Shown piece by piece: positions 12,371 to 24,249 of a DNA stretch of 64,000 bases (position 1 is its first letter; every line of letters begins with the position of its first letter). Source of the DNA: the human T2T-CHM13v2.0 reference genome, Homo sapiens. Where the stretch lies: NCBI GenBank assembly GCA_009914755.4, contig CP068257.2, positions 18,624,001 through 18,688,000 of the forward strand, given 5' to 3'. The translations under genes were made by a program, and so were the position numbers. Under the pieces are notes generated by a model. The model was not told where the DNA came from. It searched no databases and saw nothing but the letters and a program-made list of their open reading frames with translations.

Positions 12371-12670
12371 GTGCCCCCACCACTATCTAATTTACGTGTT
12401 AGAACCTAACACCCAATGTGATAAACCCAATGTGATAGCATTGAGTTGGGGCCTCTGAGAATAAGTAAGTCATAAGGACTCTGCTTAGTGCCCTTATAAA
12501 GGAAGCTTAAGTGAGCTGCCTTGCAAGTTCCATCATGCAAGAATGCAGCAAGAAGCCTTCCTCTTTGAAGCACAGCACAAGCCTCACCAGATATTGAATT
12601 TGTTGGTGGCTTCATCTTGGACTCCCCAAACTCAACAACTATAAGCAATAAATTTCTGTTGTTTACAAAT
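12371..12670 (+). mobile_element. MaLR LTR (MLT1-type), forward. Its 5' end abuts the 5' end of the preceding reverse MaLR.
   Basis: tgcccccaccactatctaatttacgtgttagaacctaacacccaatgtgata...gcccttataaaggaagc...caagaagccttcctctttgaagcacagcacaagcctcaccag...cataagcaataaatttctgttgtttacaaattctctagtctaagatattttgttagagcagc. Confidence 0.6.
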
Positions 12671-15600
12671 TCTCTAGTCTAAGATATTTTGTTAGAGCAG
12701 CTAGAACAAACCAAGACAAGTACTGACACAATAATAAGGATGAATCTGAAAAAAAAAAAAATTATACCTAGTCAAAGAAGCCAGACACAAAATGTCACAG
12801 ATTGTATGATTTCATGTATGAAATATCCATAATAGGTAAATCCAGAGAGACAGACAGAAAGCAGATTGGTAATTGACAGAGGCTGGAGGATGAGAGAATG
12901 AGGAGTAACTGCTTGATAGGTACAAAATTTTCTTAGGGGATAATATATTTTGGAGCTTAATAGAGGTGGGCATATATAAGATTGTAAGTGTACTGAATGC
13001 CACTGATTTTTTCACTTTAAAATGGATCTTAAAATGGTTAATCTTATGTTACATGAATTTCACCTAAACTAAAACAAAAAAGTAAAAGCTACAAACTTCT
13101 TGCTGTCCTCAAAAACAATGATACCCAATTTATATATGAAAATCTCCCAATGACCAGAGGTGGTTTATGTTACTTTGAAATTGACATAAACTGAAAGATG
13201 TAAATATTATTTGTAAATTTCAGTGGCCCTGAAAACTTTCTGTAACGAGTTAAGAAATAACAGTATGTACTAATAAATTAATTAATATTTCCTTAAAATC
13301 GTAAGTTTCTTTGACTAAATCATATGACTCTTACTTGGAAAGAGTTAGAGGCATTGTTGTGAATCTTACCAGAATATGCCACCCCAACATAGACCTTTTG
13401 CCCTGTGAATTATTTTGAGCTAGGACTCCTGAGAACCAGCAGACTCAGGAAAAGCTCTAAAAACAGGGCACTAATTTTCCCTTTGTAAAGGAAATTTCCA
13501 TTTGTAAAGGTCTCTCCTTCTCCAGAAAGAGGTGGAAAGTTCTCAGGACCTTTTAAGAGTGTGCCTTGGGCCTTGATCACTCACATATGACTCAGAATAA
13601 ACCTCTTTAAATATTTTACAGAATTTGACTCTTTGTCAACAATATCAGAATAGGTTAAATATCCAAAATTTCTGCAAATTGAAATACCAATTTCAAACTT
13701 TTTTTCACAAAAACACAAATTGTCATTAAATTTGGTGGCTGTTCATACTCACGGGAATAATCTGAACATAACACATTTTCCTGCATTGGCCATTTACCCA
13801 GAAGGCCTACATTTTTTTCCATCTCTCTCTTCAACTTATTTTTCTTAGCAGAAATTTTGATGTCTTAGAATCTACCAGGATTCTTACAGTTAGATAGTAA
13901 ATAATTTCATTCAAATTAATTAGAGATTTAAAATGAAGTTGCTGAATAAATATTTGAGAATATTTAATCAATAATATACTATTTTTAAACCATTCTTCTT
14001 TGCTTTTTCTCTCTCCCTCTCTCCTCTCTTTGAAAGTCATTTAACTATTACCTGTTGAAAGCCCTGCAGGTGACTCAGTATTACCCTCATTATTCATGGT
14101 AACAGGAGCAAGAAAACTAAAGGAGCTTTTGTTCCTAGGCAGTCAAAACAAGATAGGCCAACAATAGTTACAAAGCTATGAATTCAGTACTAATCAGAGA
14201 TTTGGAGGGTTTTTGTGAACCTGCTATTCTTCAGAAACCCTTAATTCTTTCAGTTTCTCCTTTCGCATACATTCTGTGTCTTCTGTCAAATGAAATGTAG
14301 CATCTCTGTACACAGAAAGTTTCTGAGCTAAGTATATGTAACACGAGTTTCCTTTCCAAGATTCAACACCTATGCATTGCAATCAAATCTCTTTTATACT
14401 GCATTGTATAAGCACATAAAGGCATCAGTTTAATAAATTAATTTTTATTGAGCCTCTGTTAGTAAAAAATTATGCAATTCAATGGTATAGTGCATTAAAA
14501 ATATATGAAGTGGTTTTATACTCTTTTCTGTGCAAAGGTGTTGAAAAAGTAACTATCCAAGGTTAATTACCGTCAGTAGTAGGAGAATATTTTGTTAAGT
14601 AAATTTAGTAGGACAATATTTTGTTAAGTAAAACTAAATTATGTTTATACCTTGCTGTGATCTTATTTTATAATGTTAAAGTTAAAGGTTACCTTACAAA
14701 ACATAATTACCAACTTGCAAAAGTATTTTAAGGGTCCGTTATTACTTTGCATCATTGAATAAAGTGTTTAAAAATTGTGTGATAGTGAACAAAATGTACT
14801 TAGACTATATTAGTAGATCAATAATAATAATAATTACACTGTTTTTGCCAGGCCCAGCATTTGAGAGAAAACTATGCATAAGCAAAGGTATAGATGGTAG
14901 AAGGGAATACAGGATAGAAAAAACACATTTAAAATGCTTCTAATAATTTTCCAATTTTAAAAAGTGTCTAAAATCTCTCTCCATTTCTTTATCTTTTTGA
15001 AAAATTTTGATGACTAGGAAGTTGCTGTTTCATCTAAAATATGATAAAACCTCTGAAAACTAACTCCAGTCAATGTGAAATTTGGCAGGGCCTATTATCT
15101 CTGAGCTACTTCTTGGATTAACCTCTGTAGTGTAATGGAGACTGTTAAGACTCCTGGGAGTGACAACAACCACAGTGACAGGAGAACACCTGGTTATTGG
15201 CATTTCATCCTTTATAATAGATGCCCAAACAGGTCCCCAGACACCTGCAGAAATTACTAGGGTGTGTTAGACCATGACAGTTGATAAATTATTACCAGAC
15301 ACAATCTGGAAATGGGCTTCTAAGCTTTACTATCATCTCTGAAGGAAAAAATACGATTTGCCTACTGGGAGGAAAACTCAGCTAAATATTCTAAATGAAA
15401 AATCAAAATATATGCATAAGATAAGCTAGCATTCAATAGCTCTTAGCAAAATTTGACGACAAAATAATGTTTAGAAAATGTTCAAAAATAACAAGGGTAT
15501 AATATAATTAATGTATATCAAAAAATGACAATTTTTTGGAGACTTACAGTTTTTATGCACAAGGACACAGTACTGCTAACAGTAACTATATAAAATTTTA

Positions 15601-17270
15601 AACAGAAAATAAAAACAATGGTAGAATATTAGCATCGGTGCCAATTCTACATTTTAATTATGTATAGTGCAAAATATGTTAGACTTCCATATATTCATGC
15701 TAACCTAGTTGATGCTAATCTAGATCTAACCTAGTTCATGCTAACCTAGATGATCTTCCCAATGTTGTAGAGGAAAATTTAGTGACAATAAAGCTTACTG
15801 AGTGTCCACTCTGGATACCTACTCAAATATTTCCTAATATGGGTATGTAATGCATATGCATGAAAATTCTTTCCTCCCTACTCTTGCACTCACACTTAAC
15901 ACAGAACTCTTCCATAACCAAATGTGTGTTGTTTGTTTTTTCCCTCACAACAATTTAATTCTCGAATTCTCTGCAGACCCCAGTTGGGTGCCCTGCAACT
16001 GAATGAATTCTGATGTTCACTGTAATTAGCACAAATCCCACAGGTTAAGGGCTCAGTCGCACAAACTGTCCACACATCCGAAGCCAACCGTAAGTCCCAG
16101 GTTTTTACTTGTACTTCTGACTTTCTGGCTATAAATTGGGATTTCCATGACCCCTTTCCTCAAGTTCAGTCATTTTCCAAAAGGGTTCACATGACTCAGG
16201 GAAACATTTTACCTATATTACTAGTTTATTATATATTAAAGGATATGATAGAGGTTACAGGTGAACAGCCAGATGAAGAGAGGGGCATCGGGTGAGGTCC
16301 AGAAGTTTCTTGAGTGCAAAAGCTTTTCTCACCACAAAGTTGAGGGGTGCCACACTCCCCATATGTGGATAAGTTCACGAAACTAGGAGATCTTCAAACC
16401 CCATAGTTTAGGGATTTTTTTAATGGAGGCTTCTTCACGTACACTCAATCTCCAGCCCCTCTTTCCTTCCCAGAGGATGAGAAATAGGGCTGAACATTCC
16501 AAACTTCTAATCATGACTTGGCCCCTCTGATGACCAGCTCCAATGCAGGAGCCCACCATGAGTTGCCCTATTAGAAGAAGAGATGCTCTTATCACCTAGA
16601 GAATTTATAAACACTAGGAGCTCTGTGCAAGGAACGGGGCTCAAAGATCAAATATTAGTAAAAATGACACATTTAGTACCCCCATTGCTCAGGACATTAT
16701 AAGGTTTTTAGAAGCTTTGTGACAGAAACTAGGGGCAGAGACCAAATATTTTTAAATTATGTCTCATATCTATATCTATATCTATGTCTTACACCCAAAT
16801 AGACATTGGTGTCACAAACTATCATATCTCTAATCTATTTATATTTTTAAAAATTATTTATTGTCCCACAAGCGGCCTTTCTCCCTGTCTTTTTCTCTAT
16901 TAAAATGGTGTATAAGCTACTCTTTTGGGTATTCACCTCCTCTTGTCATGCTCCCATGCATACAAAATTAAAAATTATACGTTTGTATGCCTTTTCTCCT
17001 GTCAGTCTGTCTCTTGTCACTTTATTTTTCAGATCCAGCAGGAGAACAGAAGAGGTACAGAGGGAAAGTTTTTCTCTCCTACAGGGCCAATACAATATGC
17101 TATTGTTAAAATTGTAAACTGAAGCATAATAATATTTTAAAGTGCTTATTTGAACAAACAACAATTTATGAATCCAGCAGCTCCAGAACAGAAGTGGTTC
17201 AGGGATTCCCTGGAGGAAGCATAAGGTATAGGCTTTTCTAGAGTGAATATGAAAGTAGTATAAAGAAAGG

Positions 17271-17636
17271 GATATGGTTTGGCTGTGTCCCCACCCACAT
17301 CTCATATTGAATTGTGATTTCCATAATCTCCACGTGTCATGTGAGGGACCCAGTGGGAGATCATTTAATCATGGGGGTGGGTTTTTCATGTGCTGTTCTT
17401 GTGAGAGTGAATAAGTTTCATGAGATCTGATGGTTTTGTAAAGAACAGTTCCCTTGCACATTCTCTCTTGCCTGCCACCATGTAAGACATGCCTTTGCTC
17501 TTTCTTTGACTTCTGCCATGATTTTGAGGCCTTCCCAGCCATACGGAACTGTAAGTCCATTAAACCTCTTTTTCTTTATAAATTACCCAGGCTCAGGTAT
17601 TTCTTCATAGCAGTATGAAAAGGGACTAATACAGAA
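17271..17636 (+). mobile_element. THE1/MST-family MaLR LTR, forward, near full length
   Basis: atatggtttggctgtgtccccacccacatctcatattgaattgtg...ccacgtgtcatgtgagggacccagtgggagatcatttaatcatgggggtgggtttttcatgtgctgttcttgtgagagtgaataagtttcatgagatctgatggttttgtaaag...cattaaacctctttttctttataaattacccaggctcaggtat...gactaatacaga. Confidence 0.85.
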
Positions 17637-17767
17637 AGTGTATTTGATTAGTTACAGTTATAAGTTTTCTTATTTGGTCTATCCTGCTGGAAATATCTAG
17701 TCATATATTTAGAAGTTTGCTGGCTGCCTCTGATTTACTGAACTTAGGTGTTTATATATATATATAT

Positions 17768-18003
17768 AAACCAATTAGGCCTGATAAGTGACCTTAACCT
17801 TGCTGGATTTGAAAACATAAGCAAAACTTAACTTGAGTTATTTCTTGTAAATGTCTATATATATATAGACATTTGTTTATATATATATATAAAAATGTCT
17901 ATATATATATATATAGACATTTACAAGAAATAACTCAAGTTAAGTTTTGCTTATGTTTTCAAATCCAGCAAGGTTAAGGTCACTTATCAGGCCTAATTGG
18001 TTT
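17768..18003. repeat. Large palindrome. Perfect 83-bp inverted arms (17768-17850 and 17921-18003) flank a 70-bp AT-rich centre that holds two self-complementary units.
   Basis: The reverse complement of 17921-18003 equals 17768-17850 exactly, checked base by base. The centre is atgtctatatatatatagacat + ttgtttatatatatatataaaa + atgtctatatatatatatatagacat. Confidence 0.9.
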
Positions 18004-18908
18004 TGTTTGCTCTCAGGGATTACTCAGGCCTGGTCTCCATTTTAATTTACTAATACTATCTCAAGCTAGATCTAGAGCAGTGGTTCTCAAAGCATAGTCC
18101 AAAGGCTTCCACAAAAAAGCCATACAATGTTTAGAATCCCAAATATTTTTGACCCCAGTTTATAGCAATAGAGAATGAAGACTTTGAATTGGCATCCTTA
18201 GGAAAATATACACATGGTTAAACAAGTTTTGGTAATGTTCCGGTAAAGATATATTAAGGATATTGCTTTTCCGCTCAAATCCATTGTTACAGATGTCCTC
18301 AAGGGACATCTATTACACTGAAAGAGAGGGACCTGGCTAGTAGACAAAGGCCATATATGTTTAGACTTAAAAATTATGTTAAGTATAGAATAAGTGTTGC
18401 TCCTTAAACTTGGAATTTATAATAAGCCAGCTGATAATTATCTGATTAGGTTGATGAAAGAGTTGGATTGCCAAAAAAGCCACAAGTCTACACTTTGAAA
18501 GTCTGTGACTGGTAAATCTGCAAATTAAGACTTGAACCTTTAAAAATATCGATTTTATTTTATGGTTTATAATCTTTTGCCAGTAATTTGGAAAGTATAA
18601 TGAAATCTTCAATTTCCTAAAGAAATATAATTTATCAAATTTACTCAGGTAGTAATAGAAAATCTAAAATCATCTAAAATAATTAAATAAAATTAATCAA
18701 CATTAAATATTTACCTCCCCTCCTCAAATTCCACATGCAAACAAAACTATCTGGGCCTAGATGGGTTAGCATATTATCTAAAACAAATACTTAGATATTT
18801 TCAAACTAACATACATTCTGCCAGTGAGAAAATTTTCCTTCAATTTATTTGAGTTATAATCATAATATGAAAAATAGAAGGAGGGTGAAAAAGGAACACA
18901 GAAAATAA

Positions 18909-19212
<304 letters not shown>

Positions 19213-20147
19213 CAATAATACAAATATTTTAAGTAAATTTTATCACGTCAAACCTAGTGTTGTATATAAAAAAATACACAAATAAGTTTACTTCAGAATA
19301 GAAAAGCAAAGATATCATTGGAAATTTCTTAATATATTATACATAATTAGATTTAAGGTTTAGGCTTTGAGAAATATATTTGATAATATTCAATATTCTC
19401 CCATAATAAAATTTCTTGTCACTCTAGCACTAGGAAGAAATTTTATTAGCCTGCTAAATGTTGTGCACCAGAGAAAATATAGCTAGAATCATAAAGGTAA
19501 AAAGCCAGAAATTTTCATTAAAAAATCAGAAAAAAACAAGCAATTCCACTGTCAAGTTTATAAACTGCAGTTTCTATTGCACACGTACACAGAGTATGTT
19601 AAAATATTTATAGTAGAATCTCTTATAAGAGTAAACCATTGGATAAGACATGTCTGCCAAAACATTAACTGACAATAGACTCCCCTTCCCTCAAAAGTAT
19701 ATACATTCATTCCTTATATTACCATACAAGATTCTTATAAACATAACATTGAGTCAAACAATTTAAGCTTCAGACAGATACCTACAATTTAAACTCATAA
19801 AAAACTAGCATATGTGGTGTTAATGATGAATACATATGTAGTAAAAATACCCCAAAACTGCATAAGAATAATCAAAACTAAATACAGTAGTTACTTACCT
19901 CTGGGGAAGGAAGGGTAAAGTAAATACACCCAGGGATGTGGAGGGTGGTACCTATACCCTACTCAGCAAATTTTATTTTTTAAGTTGTATTGTTGGTTCA
20001 TAATTAATTATTATGCCATTCTTTACTGTTTCCTGTATTTTATAAATATTTAGTAATTCACTCTTAAAAATGAAGAGTGAACAGTTTTGATAGTTTTTAG
20101 TTCTGTGATGTTATTTCAAAAAACTACATATACATACATGTAGATTT

Positions 20148-20228
20148 ATGGTAATAAAATGCACAAATCTACACGTATGTGTATGTTTATGGTAATAAAA
20201 TGCACAAAGCTACATGTGTGTATATGTA
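20148..20228. repeat. Tandem duplication of a ~41-bp unit, followed by a (TG/TA)n-rich tract to ~20275
   Basis: atggtaataaaatgcacaaatctacacgtatgtgtatgttt repeated as atggtaataaaatgcacaaagctacatgtgtgtatatgtat, then tgtgcatgtgtatgtatatgtgtgtatatagatacagata. Confidence 0.7.
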
Positions 20229-22019
20229 TGTGCATGTGTATGTATATGTGTGTATATAGATACAGATATTCCACAGAGGTAGTACACAGAAACTGAAAGT
20301 GGTCCACAAATGACAAAAATTGTTAAAAAGGTATAGAAGAAATACATTATATGGAAAAATGAATAAATGTTTTTGAGATTACGTATGGACAAAAAGCTAA
20401 AGAGCATATGCTATAAATATATACAAAAGTTTAACATGTAACTTGTATGCTAAGAATTCATTTGGTTATTTCCAGATCATTTACAAAACTTTGAAGAACA
20501 GAACTGTTGCTATGGAGATTTTGTTTAATAGTCATCAAACTAAAGGCTACAAAAGCTAAAAATGCATTCATAAGAACATAATGCTCATGTTTATATTTTG
20601 AAGATCTATAGCGTGAAGCACATGTTCAGGTATTGCCAAATTTTGAAGCAAAGTTTCTAATCCTACTTAACTTAAAATTATTCTGCTATTATTTTAGATT
20701 AATTTATATTTTACTCCTATTGATCTGTATTTATATTGACAAGAGATCAAACATTATATACCATCATTGTGGGTAGTAGCTGGGGAAAAAGTCCTCATGA
20801 ATTATCTGCAAGTCTTAGGAAGAACACATTCTGAATCCTGCAGTTTTGTTCAGAGCTATCTCAGAGGTCCCTGCATATAAAAAGGAATTTTCAGAGCAAC
20901 AATTTTGGTTTTTTTCTTCCTAACAATTTGGCTTGGGTTCATAACTTGCTTATAGGGATTCACAGATTTTTTAGCATCCAAATTTGCAAAATTACCACAT
21001 TTCATACATATTGCCCACCTAAGAAAGTCTGTTCCTCTTCAATCTGGCTTGCTCATCTGTGATCTGACAGATGGATTCTACCCACAGGCAAAAGAAAACC
21101 TTATTTTAAAAATAAAAATTAATTACATCAAACTTAAAATCTCACATCGAGTTAGAAAGAATTTTTATTAAATAAAATTGTAGTGGAGTACTGGCAGCAT
21201 TGTTTTATATCCATTTTCATCTGTACACAAAGTATTTTTTTTTAATTGGTGAGGTCTAGCTAGTGCAGGTATTATTTATCTAAATTTGGTAGCGCAGTCA
21301 GATTGCAACAGAATGATGTGGCGACATTGTGATTTCTTATAAATGTCTATCTTTTCCCTCTTCCCGGCTAATAAGATGCAATGCTCTTGTTTGAAGAAAC
21401 CAAGATCCCAGCCACAAACAAGAGATAGTTATTGAACTAATCCAAAAGTTAGAATCCTCCTCCAATTTTCCTCTTGTAGCTAATGGTAACTGTTGTAACA
21501 CTGCTCTAGCCAATGGGGAAAATCTATCGGGTTGTGGAACTACAGGAAAAACTTCTGAGTTTCTAATGAAAGGGACAGATAAACCTGTCAACTCCCCTTC
21601 TAACTTTTTTCCTACTGTGATTGGAAATATCATGACTAGAACTGGGGCAACTATTTTGCTACTGTAATTTACATGCATGGAAGTTAAAATTTAACATTCT
21701 TAGGATGGTAGAAGAGAAATATAGAAGAATCTTGTACCCTCAATGGCATGACTGAGCGGTTAAGCAAATGCTAGCAACAGCCTAGTGTCAATTTACCTTG
21801 TCCCTTTGATTGATAGGGAACCACATATGTTATCTGTTTCTTCTTAAGGTAGCATCTGAGGTTGTTTTTAAAGTGTTATGCCTGCTTTATCCAAGTTATG
21901 AGGTTTATGAGCATAAAGATCTTGTGATGTTTTCTTATTATTATTTTAGTGTTTGTAGGCTCAAAATGATGCCCCTCTCTTATGTCCCATCTTGGTAATT
22001 TGTATCTATTGTTCATGTT

Positions 22020-22560
22020 TATTATAGCTGGATGGTCATCAATTTTACTGACATGTCAAAGCAGTTTTGATATTATTGACCTTTTCTACTGTTTTTCCCT
22101 TTTCGATCTCATTGATTTCTGCTTTTATTTCTATATTTTCTCCTAATGCTGTGTTGCTTGCTTTTAGTTTAATTTGCTCTTTTTTCTGCTTTTTTTAAAG
22201 GCAGATATTCAGATCATTGGCTTGAGACATCTATTGTCTATATTTATTTTCTATATTTCTATACTCTATTTTCTAATTTGTCTTTACTGCTTTGGCTGAA
22301 TCCCACGAAATGTGAATGTAAATGTCAATTTTGTCAAATTGCTTGATAATGTTCTCCAAGTTTTCCATATATTTACTCATTTTCTGTCTACTTGTTACAT
22401 CAATTGCAGAAGAGTGTTAAATTCTCCACAAATTCTCATTGTGGAACATTAATATTCTTACACAGCTCTAAAATGCTTTTTGTAACTTTTTTTTTTATTT
22501 TGTTTCAGTTTGGGTAATTTATATTTGTATGGCTTCAAGGGCATTGATTATGTCTTTAGC
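22020..22560 (-). mobile_element. Probable old L1 fragment, antisense. Assigned by general sequence character only.
   Basis: T-rich antisense-L1-like sequence (ttttcccttttcgatctcattgatttctgcttttatttctatattttctcc...). No consensus stretch was aligned. Confidence 0.3.
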
Positions 22561-22967
22561 TCCATCAAGTCTACTGATGACACCTGCTGTGGGTTTAGTT
22601 GTGCCCTAAAAAAAGATAAGTTGAAGTTCTTAAACCTAGTACTTCAGAATGTGGCCTTCTTTGAAAATATATCTTTACAGAGGTAACTGAGTTAAAACAA
22701 GGTTATTGGGGTGGACCCTACTCCAATGTGGCTTGTTTCCTTATATAAAATGGAAATTTGAATGCAGAGGCAGACATGCAGAGAGAGAGGATGATGTGAA
22801 GACATAGAAGGCCATGTGAAGATCGGCAATTGGAGTGATACATCTATGAGCCAGGGAATGCCTGAAGCTACCAGAAGTTAGGATGCATGGGGTACATCCT
22901 TCCCTAGTGCCTTCAGAGTGAACGTAACCCTGATGACATCTTGGTTTCATACTTTTAGTATGCAGAA

Positions 22968-23278
22968 TTTTTTTTTTTTTTTTCTTTTTAGATGGAGAGA
23001 TGGAGTCTCGCTCTGTCACCCAGGCTGGAGTGTAGTGACACAATCTCGTGTCACTGCAACCTCTGCCTCCTGGGTTCAAGCTATTCTCCTGTCTCAGCCT
23101 CATGAGTAGCTGAAATTACAGGCATGCACCACCACGTCCCGCTAATTTTTGCATTTTTAGTAGAGATGGGGTTTCACCATGTTGGCCAGACTGGTCTCAG
23201 ACTCCTGACCTCAAGTAATCCACCTGCCTCAGTCTCCTAAAGTTCTGGGATTACAGGCGTGAGCCAACATACCCAGCC
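22968..23278 (-). mobile_element. AluS-like element, reverse
   Basis: T19-rich tail, then gatggagagatggagtctcgctctgtcacccaggctggagtgtagtgacacaatctcgtgtcactgcaacctctgcctcctgggttcaagc...cctaaagttctgggattacaggcgtgagccaacatacccagcc. Flanking repeat cagaatt. Confidence 0.9.
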
Positions 23279-24249
23279 TAGCACAGAATTCTGAAACAAT
23301 GTTTCTGTTATTTTAAGCTCCCCAGTTTCTGGTACTTTGTATGGAAGCCCTAGGAACTAGTACAACTCTAAAGGTTTTCATTTCTCTTCGTGTTTTTTAT
23401 TTATATCATTTGCGTTTTATTCTTGATATATTTTTCATTTCTCTACTGAATTTTTCTATCTGGTCATGCATGTTGATTTTTTTACTAGATTATGTAACAC
23501 ATTAACCATAGTTATTTAAATTTCATGTTTAATGTTTCCAAAAATTGTGTAATCTTGCAATCTGGTTCTGTTAGTTACTTTGCCTCTTAGCATTAGGCTC
23601 TATTCTCTTGCTTTTTTATCTGTCTTCTATTTTACATTGAATACCAACCCTCATATGAAGAACATTAGAAATTGAAGTAGACAGTATTTACGATTAAAAA
23701 TGAAACTGCCTTTTATTCTACAACGCTAATATGTGTGACAGTATGCCAATCTAGGAAGCAATTGACTGGGTTTGGATTTATTGTTATGAAAGTTGCCTTG
23801 AAGTTTACCAAGGTTACTATGCCATTGGCCTTGAGTTCCTTTAGTGCCACATCTTAACTACCTTAGATGAGCTGTCCTTGGATTTCAGGCTACTTGTCTG
23901 ACCTGTGACATCAGCATTCGGATGGACTTGAGGAAGGCTATTAGTTTCCAGTTAATTGGGCTTTTTTTGGTCATTGAAGAAATAATCGTTTTATTAGATT
24001 TCTCCCTTAGGTCTTCTCAGGTCTCCAAATGGTAGAGATATTTTAGAGAAAAGTGGAACTCTTCTTGCTATGTGAGAAGAGAAAAATAATCACCTACATG
24101 ATTAAGCACTTTTAGCTGTACTTTTTGTAACTTGAAATCAAACACGTTAGTAGCTAAAATATCTGTTTTTGTCCCAGGTTTTGTAACACACAAAGTCACA
24201 CAACAACTCACACACATACTGTGGAAAATGCATGTGTGCGTTTGTGTGT

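Noticed and set aside
16160-16620. Possible additional ancient repeat (MER/L2-like)
   Set aside because: I could not match it to a consensus from memory with any confidence, so it is left unannotated.
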